DNA of 39,285 bases, taken from Candidatus Saccharimonadota bacterium (lineage in GTDB: Bacteria; Patescibacteriota; Saccharimonadia; Saccharimonadales; UBA7683). Numbering within the stretch: the first letter of the stretch is position 1; every line of letters begins with the position of its first letter. The position numbers and the translations under genes are program-made. The DNA lies in NCBI GenBank assembly GCA_018061375.1, contig JAGOUG010000002.1:1-39285 (forward strand), in the 5' to 3' direction. Positions 26,071 to 34,280 of this stretch are shown one piece after another. The notes under the pieces were generated by a model. It saw nothing but the letters and a program-made list of their open reading frames with translations. It was not told where the DNA came from and searched no databases.

Positions 26071-27150
26071 TTACGCAATATTATTATACAAAATTCTGAC
26101 TTTTTCATACTGTTCTGCATATTCTCGTGCACTCAGGAAGCTGCCAATTTGTTGGTCGGGCAATGCTTTTATAGCCTCCTGAGCCACGAGTCCGTGTCTT
26201 ACATTAAAACTATCGGTAACTTGCTCGAGGTGCAAAGGATTGCAACACCGTTTATAGTTACATCTGTGATTTAAGACTGTACCCGAGACAAAATCGTTAC
26301 CAAGTATCCACCACATAGTTCTATGTGCCAACCAGTTACCCCTGCGTTTTTCATTAGTAATCTCTCCGGTTTCATGATCTACCCCAGCGGCACGAAAACG
26401 GACATACAAGTTTCCATACCCTTCAAATCTTCCCCCTTTTGAGCCCTCTGGCTTACGGTTATAGCTCCATGATTCCCAGCATCCTGTCAGAGGGTGAAAT
26501 CCTACATATGCAACACCTGCCGCGGTTAATACTGATTCGCTATAAGGTATAAATGGATAGTGCTTGCGTTGAAATTTAGTAAATAATAGTAGCGATTCTT
26601 CGACAGAAGCAAGTTGATCACCCCAGATTGTTTCTACCCCGCCATCATCAGAAACACTAAACCAGTTAGGGTTAAGTTCGGTCGATCTATCTCTGCCGAA
26701 ATCCAAATTATAATGACGGGTATTATAGCAGCCTTCTGTGCCACAGATATTTAAATGCGGGAGATCGGTTGGTTCATCTAAAACTGGAACCCATTCCCGA
26801 TCAGCAAAGTATATTGCCAGCTGAGCTGGGTCGTTAGTCTCTGGTTCGGAATCAGCGCCACCAACCATACATCCTATTTCGGTAATGGCTGTGTTTGCAA
26901 GTATTCTAGACGCCCTAGTAGATTCACGCCAATCTTTCATTTGTTTGTGTTTTTGAACCAATGCAAGCTCACCTAATTTTTTTTCACCAGCAGACCTGTC
27001 GCGCTCAGCAACAGATTCTGGAAGTAGCCACAATCCAGTGTCGGGGTGCTGCAAAAAATCGTCAGGCGAACTAATAACATTCTCAATGTAGAGCCTACTT
27101 CCGCTGCAAAAACTTTGCCTTGTGTGATGTGGGGCCAGGCCTGGTAACAC
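26071..27150 (-). CDS. HNH endonuclease domain protein (phage/actinobacterial CWxW-GYG-AHR-HxC..CxNPxHL type) with a long unknown N-terminal region
   Basis: 359 aa with a GTG start. The C-terminus reads TGCWESWSY...FEGYGNLYV...WLAHRTMWWILG...LNHRCNYKRCCNPLHLEQVTDSFNVRHG. An upstream degenerate copy reads HLNICGTEGCYNTRHYNL. Confidence 0.65.
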   Translation of the reverse strand: MLPGLAPHHTRQSFCSGSRLYIENVISSPDDFLQHPDTGLWLLPESVAERDRSAGEKKLGELALVQKHKQMKDWRESTRASRILANTAITEIGCMVGGADSEPETNDPAQLAIYFADREWVPVLDEPTDLPHLNICGTEGCYNTRHYNLDFGRDRSTELNPNWFSVSDDGGVETIWGDQLASVEESLLLFTKFQRKHYPFIPYSESVLTAAGVAYVGFHPLTGCWESWSYNRKPEGSKGGRFEGYGNLYVRFRAAGVDHETGEITNEKRRGNWLAHRTMWWILGNDFVSGTVLNHRCNYKRCCNPLHLEQVTDSFNVRHGLVAQEAIKALPDQQIGSFLSAREYAEQYEKVRILYNNIA

Positions 27151-27187
27151 TGATGGTTCTCCGATTACTGTAATTAGTCTACGTTAA

Positions 27188-30049
27188 CTAGTTTTCTAAC
27201 GAAATAGCGAGTTCTTCACCTTCAATTTTTACGCTTGTTACATATTTGTATGTAGCGTCGAGCAAATCTGTAGCAAGTGTTTCAGATTTAATCGTCTCGG
27301 TATGTTCTTCAATTGCTCTGCGTAAGTCTACACTGTCGGTTTTAAGTGAGAGCTTTATTCTATCGTCTACATTCAAACCGGCGTCTTTTCTTGCGTTTTG
27401 AACAAAACGAATCACTTCACGCATGAGACCTTCACGTTTAAGCGCATGCGTTAGGACTAAGTCTAGCCCAAATTCACCAAGCCTTACTTCTTTTACGTTC
27501 AACTCTTCTTTTAGAATTTCATCGAAGTTAAAGTTTGTGCCATCTTCTGGGATACTAACTGATTGTAGCGGTTGACGAACTTTTAATTTATTCTGCGCTC
27601 GCATACTGAGGCCCTCGTTTACATATTCACGAAGTTTTTCCATGTCAGAAACAACAAGTTCATTTACATGTCCAACTTTTGGCCAGTCAAGCAGGTGTAC
27701 TGATTCACCGCCCGTTAGTTTTTGGTATAATTCTTCGGCCAAAAATGGTGTGAACGGTGCCAGGACCAAACTCAGTTGTACGAGTACATAATGAAGCGTT
27801 CTATATGCGTTATTTTTGTCTTCATCATCACCGCTCTTCCAGAAGCGTCGTCGAGATCGGCGTACATACCAATTCGATGCATCCTCGATAAACGGTAATA
27901 TCGGCTTCACCGCATTTGGAATATCGTATGCATCCATGTGCAGTTCAACCTCTTTTGTCAGTTGGTGAACGCGGCTCACTATCCAACTGTCGAGTGGATT
28001 TTTTAGTTCTTCTGACGGGTCGGCTGGTAGTGCGTTGCCATTCTGCTCATTGGTCCAATCGTCAACTTCCGCATACATTGTGAAGAAGTCGTACATGTTC
28101 CAGACCATACTTAGCTTGCGCGCAACATCACCCACCTCTTTATCTTGCAGCGTGAAGTCTTCACCGTTAAGAAGCGGGCTTGATACCAATAGAAATCTCA
28201 GGCTATCGGCAGAAAACCTATCCATCAGTTCATTCGGATCAGTATAGTTACCGTAACTTTTACTCATTTTGCGGCCATCACTACCGGCGACATTCCCTGT
28301 TACAATAACGTTCTTAAATGAATTTTCACCAAACAACGCAACACTCATTGAGTGCATGTAGTAGAACCAGGCGCGTACCTGACCGATATACTCAACTATA
28401 AAGTCACCGGGGAAATTAGCCTCAAACTTCTCTTTATTTTCAAACGGATAATGGAACTGTGCAAATGGCATACTCCCCGCCTCAAACCAACTGTCCATAA
28501 CCTTATCAATTCGCGTATACGCTACTCCGTCTATCTCGAAAGTAATATCGTCCACCCAGGGGCGGTGGTAATCATCGAGTTCTTTGCCACTCAGATCTTT
28601 CAGTTCTTTATAGCTCCCGACAACCTTAATCTGAGTCTTGCCGTCACTGTCGACGCCCTTCCACACCGGCATAGCAGTTGCCCAAAACCGATCTCTTGAG
28701 AGGTTCCAGTCTGGTGCTTGTTCAATCGTTTTTGCAAATCTACCATTCTTTACATGATGCGGGAACCAATTAACGTTGCCGTTTTGCTGCAGCATAGTCT
28801 CGCGCTGAGAATCAATATCCATAAACCAACTAGGATGAGCTCGGTACATAAGTCTCGTACCACATCTATGACAGTGTGGGTAGCTATGAAGGTAATAATC
28901 TATCTTCCAGACAACACCGCGTTCTTTAAGCTCTTTTGCAATTGGTTTATTTACCTCCCAGACATTTTGGCCAATCCAATCACCTTCTGTATAATTACCG
29001 TTTTCGTCGATCACATGCACGACCGGAATACCGACTGCTTGTGCAAGCTCAAAGTCCTCTTCACCATACGCTGGCGCAAGGTGCACGATTCCGGTACCAC
29101 TTTCAGTTGTTACATACTCAGCTGCCCATATTTTATGTGCCCCTTCACCTCTGTCGCCGAACAGAGGTTCGTATGATTTTCCAACCAACTCACTACCTTT
29201 TAGTGTTTTTAGAACGGTGTATTCAACTGGTTGATGCCTCTCATCAGTTAAAACTTTTTCGACGAGATCTTTTGCAAGTATTATTTTTTCACCCGCAAGC
29301 TCTACTTCGACATAGGTAAGTGATTTATTAACTGCAACTGCGGTGTTTGCAGGTAGCGTCCAGGGTGTGGTTGTCCAAGCTAGCACGTGCGCGTCTTCTC
29401 CTGCTAGCTTGAACTTTACATACACACTCGGGTCAGTAACATCTTGGTAGGCTCCAGCATCCATAGTAACTTCTGCTTTTGAAAGCGGCGTGGCATCAAG
29501 CGTACAATACATTAATACTTTTTCGCCTTCGTAAATTTTACCTTTTTCATATAGGGTTTTAAATGCCCACCAAACAGACTCCATGTAGTCTTTATCCATA
29601 GTCTTGTAAGCACCTTTGAAGTCTACCCATCGCCCAATTCTGTCTACGGTATCTTCCCAGAGGCTACTCGTCTGTACCATGTTTTCCCTACAAGCAATAA
29701 TGTATTTTTCAATACCGTACTCAAGTACTTCTTCGCGGCTATTGATGCCAAGTTTTTGTTCCGTGAAGCGCTCTGCAGGTAGGCCATGACAATCCCAACC
29801 CCATACACGCTCAACATGCTTACCCTTCATAGTTTGGTAGCGCGGAATAACATCTTTTACGATAGAACTAAGTAGCGTGCCGTGGTGAGGAGAGCCTGAA
29901 ATAAACGGAGGTCCATCATAAAAAACATAGCTGTCGTCTTTTGAACGCATTTCTACTGATTTTTCAAATGTCTTCTCATTCTTCCACTTCTGTACTAAAT
30001 CCTTTTCGTACTCAAGTGCCCGTCTTCGTGTGTTCGCCTTAAACTTCAT
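27188..30049 (-). CDS. ileS: isoleucyl-tRNA synthetase, type 2 (eukaryote-like)
   Basis: 953 aa. HIGH-region PPFISGSPHHGTLLSS, a CP1 editing insert, and KMSKS (GRKMSKSYGN). There is no C-terminal Zn-finger domain. AAGGAG RBS. Confidence 0.95.
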   Translation of the reverse strand: MKFKANTRRRALEYEKDLVQKWKNEKTFEKSVEMRSKDDSYVFYDGPPFISGSPHHGTLLSSIVKDVIPRYQTMKGKHVERVWGWDCHGLPAERFTEQKLGINSREEVLEYGIEKYIIACRENMVQTSSLWEDTVDRIGRWVDFKGAYKTMDKDYMESVWWAFKTLYEKGKIYEGEKVLMYCTLDATPLSKAEVTMDAGAYQDVTDPSVYVKFKLAGEDAHVLAWTTTPWTLPANTAVAVNKSLTYVEVELAGEKIILAKDLVEKVLTDERHQPVEYTVLKTLKGSELVGKSYEPLFGDRGEGAHKIWAAEYVTTESGTGIVHLAPAYGEEDFELAQAVGIPVVHVIDENGNYTEGDWIGQNVWEVNKPIAKELKERGVVWKIDYYLHSYPHCHRCGTRLMYRAHPSWFMDIDSQRETMLQQNGNVNWFPHHVKNGRFAKTIEQAPDWNLSRDRFWATAMPVWKGVDSDGKTQIKVVGSYKELKDLSGKELDDYHRPWVDDITFEIDGVAYTRIDKVMDSWFEAGSMPFAQFHYPFENKEKFEANFPGDFIVEYIGQVRAWFYYMHSMSVALFGENSFKNVIVTGNVAGSDGRKMSKSYGNYTDPNELMDRFSADSLRFLLVSSPLLNGEDFTLQDKEVGDVARKLSMVWNMYDFFTMYAEVDDWTNEQNGNALPADPSEELKNPLDSWIVSRVHQLTKEVELHMDAYDIPNAVKPILPFIEDASNWYVRRSRRRFWKSGDDEDKNNAYRTLHYVLVQLSLVLAPFTPFLAEELYQKLTGGESVHLLDWPKVGHVNELVVSDMEKLREYVNEGLSMRAQNKLKVRQPLQSVSIPEDGTNFNFDEILKEELNVKEVRLGEFGLDLVLTHALKREGLMREVIRFVQNARKDAGLNVDDRIKLSLKTDSVDLRRAIEEHTETIKSETLATDLLDATYKYVTSVKIEGEELAISLEN

Positions 30050-30062
30050 CTCTCTCCTTTCT

Positions 30063-30265
30063 AAAATATAAAAATCACTTCTTTTGACTGCCAGAATCCT
30101 AAGTAGGACGGTACCATCTGGCTTCCAAAAGAAGTGATTCTTTTAGCACTTGCTTGTCTGCTATTACGGGCTTACCCGAGAGATTCTATTTATCCTGAGC
30201 TTGTCGAAGGACTTGTACACGATGTTCTTTCTCTTCCTTGTGGTTGATAGCCACTCAAACGGATG
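30063..30265 (-). promoter_or_regulatory. T-box-like leader RNA of ileS
   Basis: Read on the minus strand. Helix GCCAGA (30122-30117), 7-nt bulge UGGUACC (30116-30110), hairpin GUCCU-ACUU-AGGAU (30109-30096), then UCUGGC (30095-30090). This is the canonical T-box antiterminator architecture. A 14-bp helix AAUCACUUCUUUUG/CAAAAGAAGUGAUU (30139-30126 with 30086-30073) encloses it and is followed by UUUAUAUUUU, the SD and the ATG. An upstream hairpin GUGG-CUAUCAA-CCAC (30254-30240) displays AUC-A. Confidence 0.6.
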
Positions 30266-30272
30266 TATACTA

Positions 30273-30301
30273 ATAGTAAGCAATTACACCTTAAAATGCA
30301 A
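30273..30301 (-). promoter_or_regulatory. candidate sigma-70-type promoter for the ileS leader
   Basis: On the minus strand, TTGCAT, a 17-nt spacer, then TACTAT, immediately after the stop of the 87-aa ORF. Confidence 0.4.
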
Positions 30302-30302
30302 G

Positions 30303-30566
30303 TTACTGGGCGTAGAAACCGAGCTCGGAGACGGTCGGCCAGCTATCTCGCTCTGGCCACGTCTCTACAAGGGTGCCGTCCTCTCGTATGGCAATAATGA
30401 CCGGATACTGTACTAAATCATGGAGCTCTTGCAGCGCAATTCCCTCTTTACTCTCAATATCTATAAGTTCGAGTGACCGACCAGTTTGCTGTTTAAAGCT
30501 CTGTGCATACTCCTCTACAGATGTCGCTGTCTCAGATATTGGTTTGTATAGTATAAGCGCTTTCAT
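30303..30566 (-). CDS. small thioredoxin-fold-like protein lacking CxxC (NrdH/glutaredoxin-like pattern)
   Basis: 87 aa. The beta-alpha-beta pattern is ALILYKP-ISET-ATSVEEYAQSF...LELIDIES...QYPVIIAIREDG. ISET sits where NrdH/Grx proteins carry CxxC, and YPV where they carry the cis-Pro. By-eye similarity only. Confidence 0.45.
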   Translation of the reverse strand: MKALILYKPISETATSVEEYAQSFKQQTGRSLELIDIESKEGIALQELHDLVQYPVIIAIREDGTLVETWPERDSWPTVSELGFYAQ

Positions 30567-30676
30567 TATGTTTTAAGTATACCAGGTCTAGATGGTAGAT
30601 CTTAGCGAGATAGAATATCGCCATCGATGATAAAGACTGGATCCCACATTAGCCATGGAATGACGGTAGGTATAGC

Positions 30677-30706
30677 GAAAAGACAAGTCTTTCGACTTGT
30701 CTTTTC
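30677..30706 (-). terminator. stem-loop downstream of nrdJ
   Basis: A perfect 13-bp stem GAAAAGACAAGTC/GACTTGTCTTTTC. The tetraloop reads GAAA on the minus strand. There is no extended U-tract. Confidence 0.5.
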
Positions 30707-30737
30707 TTAGATCTAAGAACTATATACTAGGATCTTT

Positions 30738-33530
30738 TTAGGAGCAACCAGATGTTGTACCGCAGGAGGTACAAACATAACAGCTACCCGCTCTTTGAGT
30801 CTGGTTGCCACAGCTATAACACAGTGGCGCTGTCTCACCAGAGCTAACTGTTGGCCGAACCTTTACTACTTCTGGCTTTACAGTCACAAAGTCACCTGGT
30901 TGGCTGACGTCAGTTGGTTGAGATTCTACAACTGACACTGCCTCAAGTAAACTCGACTGATTCGTAAGCGCCTCTGCCTCTAGATCGTCTAAACTCACTA
31001 ATCCGAGCTCAAGTTGATCATCCAGGCTAAGATATGCCTTTGCCAAGCGACGGAAGATGTAATCTACTAAGCTTGAGGCAGTCTTTATCTCTGAATCATC
31101 AGTGATACCCGCAGGTGCAAATGACATATTAATGAACGCCTTTACATAACTCTTTAGCGGTACCCCGTACTGCAACCCATGACTAACTGAAATCGCAAAT
31201 GCATCCATTATTCCAGCAAGCGTAGAACCCTGTTTTGCAATCCGGAGGAATAGCTCACCTGGAGCGCCATCTTCATACTCACCAACTGTTACAAATCCCT
31301 TGCTATCGGAGACCCTGAACTCGAAGGTTCGAGCCCGGCGATTACGTGGGAGCTCACGACGAAGGTGTGACTGCATTGCAATGAGCTGTTCAGTCAGATG
31401 TTCAGCCGTTTGTGGGCTGTGGGCCGCAAGATCTTCATCCTTCTTGTCATCATCTTTTTTAGATGAAAGCGGCTGCGCAACCTTAGAGCCATCACGGTAG
31501 ATTGCAACTGCTTTTATGCCTAGCTTCCAAGAAACCATGTGAAGTTCTTCAATATCTTCAACAGTAGATTCTTCAGGCATATTAACTGTCTTACTAATTG
31601 CACCGGAAATGAATGGCTGTACTGCGCCCATCATTTTAACGTGGCCCATGTAGTGAATTGCGTTCTCGCCAACTGCGCAAGCAAACGTATCGTAATCCTC
31701 TTTCTTAAGGTGAGGAGCACCGACAACGGTACTTCGTTCATGAATATATTCTTCAATGTCAGTAATCTGTGCTGGAGTGTAACCCATTGTTGTAAGTGCG
31801 CGAGGCACCGTCTGGTTCACAATCACCATATTCCCACCACCAACAAGTTTTTTGTACTTAGTAAGTGAGAAGTCTGGCTCTACACCAGTAGTATCACAAT
31901 CCATCATGAATCCGATAGTCCCAGTTGGCGCAAGTACGGTCGCCTGTGAGTTACGAACGCCGTAACGTTCACCAAGTTCAACCGCCTCATCCCAAGCCTC
32001 TGCAGCTGCTGAAAGTAGTTCTTCTGCCACAAGACTGGCATCGATATCTCTAACCGCATCACGGTGCTGTGAGAGCACTCTGAGCATACCTTCTTTGTCT
32101 TTGTTGAAGCCCGCAAATGTACCGACTTGTTTTGCAATGCGCGCGCTGGTTGCATATGCATGACCAGTCATGAGTGCAGTAATTGCTGCAGCCTGAGCAC
32201 GAGCTTCGTCACTGTCGTACGGAAGTCCCTGTGCCATCAAGAGCGCACCGAGGTTAGCGTAACCCATTCCAAGTTCACGATAGGCACGAGCATTTTTTGT
32301 AATGCCTTCGGTTGGGTACTCAGAATAACCAACAAGAATTTCCTGCGCCGTAAATACCACCTCCACAGTTTGTTTAAATGCTTCAACATCAAACGTACCA
32401 TCTTCATTTAAGTACTTCAGTAAGTTGATAGATGCTAAATTACATGCAGAGTTATCAAGGTGCATATATTCAGAACACGGGTTTGAGCCGTTTATACGAC
32501 CTGCATTTGGTGCTGTGTGCCAGTGATTTGCTGTTGTATCAAACTGCAGACCTGGATCCGCGCATTCCCACGCACTCTCAGCAATCTGGCGCCACAAATC
32601 ACGGGCCTTCATTGTTTTGTAGACTTTTTTGTCTTTAACACCTACCAATTGCCAGTCTTCATTATTCTCGACTGCCTTCATAAAGTCATCTGTTACGCGA
32701 ACAGAATTATTTGCATTTTGATACTGAACGCTGAATATATCTGTGCCATCCAGGCTCATGTCGAAGCCGGCTTCTTGTAGAACGCGTGCTTTGCGCTCTT
32801 CAATTGCTTTACACCAAATAAACTCTTCAACATCGGGGTGATCAATATTCATTATTACCATCTTGGCTGCACGACGTGTCTTACCGCCAGATTTAATTGC
32901 ACCGGCGGAGCTATCTGCACCGCGCATGAACGAAAGAGGACCAGAGGCTTTACCGCCACTCTGCCCAAGTGTTTCTACCGAAGAACGAATCGTACTAATG
33001 TTAAGTCCCGAGCCTGAGCCACCCTTAAAAATCATACCTTCTTCTTTGTACCAGTTAAGAATTGAAGGCATAGTGTCTTCTACTGCCAAAATAAAGCAGG
33101 CACTGGCTTGCTGTGCACGTGAAGCGGCGCCAATATTAAACCAAACAGGTGAATTGAATGCTGCTCGCTGAGATGCAAGTATATATTTCAGCTCTGCATT
33201 AAAAACTCGGGCCTGTTCAGAGCTTACAAAGTAATCTTCCTGTTCTCCGTGGCGGGTAATAGTGTCCGCAACACGATTAATGAGGGTCTTTATACTAGCT
33301 TCTCTGTCTTTAGTACCAGGGGTACCACAAAAATATTTCTGACTAACAATATTAATTGCGTTCATACTCCAGGTGTCTGGGAATTCAACTGCTCTTTGTT
33401 CAAATGCAATCTTTCCCGTAACTGGATTATCAATTTTTGAATCGCGCTTTACCCATGTAAACATGTCATACGGATCTGTTCCGTCTTTTGTAAAATAGCG
33501 TCGAATATCGAGCACTGTAGCTTGTGCCAT
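30738..33530 (-). CDS. nrdJ: ribonucleoside-diphosphate/triphosphate reductase, class II (adenosylcobalamin-dependent)
   Basis: 930 aa. NrdJ-type N-terminus (RRYFTKDGTDPYDMFTWVKRD), active-site SNPCSEY, and a Cys-rich C-terminal tail CYSCGNQTQRAGSCYVCTSCG. There is no adjacent beta subunit or activase gene. Confidence 0.85.
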   Translation of the reverse strand: MAQATVLDIRRYFTKDGTDPYDMFTWVKRDSKIDNPVTGKIAFEQRAVEFPDTWSMNAINIVSQKYFCGTPGTKDREASIKTLINRVADTITRHGEQEDYFVSSEQARVFNAELKYILASQRAAFNSPVWFNIGAASRAQQASACFILAVEDTMPSILNWYKEEGMIFKGGSGSGLNISTIRSSVETLGQSGGKASGPLSFMRGADSSAGAIKSGGKTRRAAKMVIMNIDHPDVEEFIWCKAIEERKARVLQEAGFDMSLDGTDIFSVQYQNANNSVRVTDDFMKAVENNEDWQLVGVKDKKVYKTMKARDLWRQIAESAWECADPGLQFDTTANHWHTAPNAGRINGSNPCSEYMHLDNSACNLASINLLKYLNEDGTFDVEAFKQTVEVVFTAQEILVGYSEYPTEGITKNARAYRELGMGYANLGALLMAQGLPYDSDEARAQAAAITALMTGHAYATSARIAKQVGTFAGFNKDKEGMLRVLSQHRDAVRDIDASLVAEELLSAAAEAWDEAVELGERYGVRNSQATVLAPTGTIGFMMDCDTTGVEPDFSLTKYKKLVGGGNMVIVNQTVPRALTTMGYTPAQITDIEEYIHERSTVVGAPHLKKEDYDTFACAVGENAIHYMGHVKMMGAVQPFISGAISKTVNMPEESTVEDIEELHMVSWKLGIKAVAIYRDGSKVAQPLSSKKDDDKKDEDLAAHSPQTAEHLTEQLIAMQSHLRRELPRNRRARTFEFRVSDSKGFVTVGEYEDGAPGELFLRIAKQGSTLAGIMDAFAISVSHGLQYGVPLKSYVKAFINMSFAPAGITDDSEIKTASSLVDYIFRRLAKAYLSLDDQLELGLVSLDDLEAEALTNQSSLLEAVSVVESQPTDVSQPGDFVTVKPEVVKVRPTVSSGETAPLCYSCGNQTQRAGSCYVCTSCGTTSGCS

Positions 33531-33718
33531 ACCTACCCCCTCTTGGTTACCCTAGTTTTAATTTGTTTTTTAAAAGTGTTTGTTAGAGCGTCAGCGAGTG
33601 TTTTACCACCCTCCACCTAGTCACTCCCCTAGAACATATTCAAATATGACCTGGGGCAATCACCATGATTACCTCTCTTTAATATTTGAGCAGTAATTCG
33701 GATTAAATTGGTGCCGTA

Positions 33719-34180
33719 CTATTTACTGCGGCGTGCCTTGAGTGCATCAAGACCCTCTTCAAAACTCTGTATGCTCGTGAACTGTCTATAGACGCTTGCG
33801 AATCGCACGTATGCGACCTCATCAGCTGCTGCCAGCTCGTCCATAACCAATTCGCCAATTTCCCCAGCCCTCACTTCAGGCTTACCTAAATCGTACAACT
33901 TACGTTCAATACGTGCAACTATATCTTCGCGTTCTGGTGCTGAAATTGTGGTTTTTTCGCTTGCTCTCTCTATACCACAGAGAATTTTTTCTCTATTAAA
34001 AACTTCGCGAACACCATCTTTTTTTACAACAATAAGATTTGGTCGTTCAACTCGTTCGTAGGTCGTAAACCTTGCAGCACAGAGTTCACACTCTCTACGC
34101 CTGCGAATACTTTCACCACTAGCAACATCACGTGATTCTATGACTTTTGAATCGACTGATTGGCACTGAGGGCATTTCAT
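33719..34180 (-). CDS. nrdR: transcriptional repressor NrdR
   Basis: MKCPQC...CELC zinc ribbon, SRRRRECxxC-type context, and an ATP-cone (VVKKDGVREVFNREKI). Confidence 0.92.
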   Translation of the reverse strand: MKCPQCQSVDSKVIESRDVASGESIRRRRECELCAARFTTYERVERPNLIVVKKDGVREVFNREKILCGIERASEKTTISAPEREDIVARIERKLYDLGKPEVRAGEIGELVMDELAAADEVAYVRFASVYRQFTSIQSFEEGLDALKARRSK

Positions 34181-34221
34181 ACGTACTCCAATTTGTTATA
34201 TTTTTCTAAGTATCGTTGCAT

Positions 34222-34237
34222 CTTCTATATATAGCGT
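34222..34237 (-). promoter_or_regulatory. candidate NrdR box upstream of nrdR
   Basis: The minus strand reads ACGCTATATATAGAAG. The 10-bp core CTATATATAG fits all ten positions of my remembered NrdR-box core CwAtATaTwG. It overlaps a plausible -10 region. I found no convincing second box. Confidence 0.35.
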
Positions 34238-34280
34238 ACTTCTCAACCAGTATAACGCTAATGCTAGCGTATACGCAATA

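Noticed and set aside
33531-33718. NrdR boxes or a cobalamin riboswitch in the nrdR-nrdJ spacer. Candidates were inverted repeats CATATT-CA-AATATG at 33635-33648 and CTTTAATATTTGAG at 33677-33690, with centres 42 bp apart.
   Set aside because: Both match my remembered NrdR consensus poorly (about 9 of 16 positions) and are simply AT-rich. I saw no B12-box-like motif, and a B12 riboswitch before a B12-dependent RNR would be unexpected. The 42-bp spacing also appears between the 34222-34237 box and the palindrome GCGTATACGC (34267-34276). That palindrome does not resemble an NrdR box either, so I treat the spacing as coincidence.
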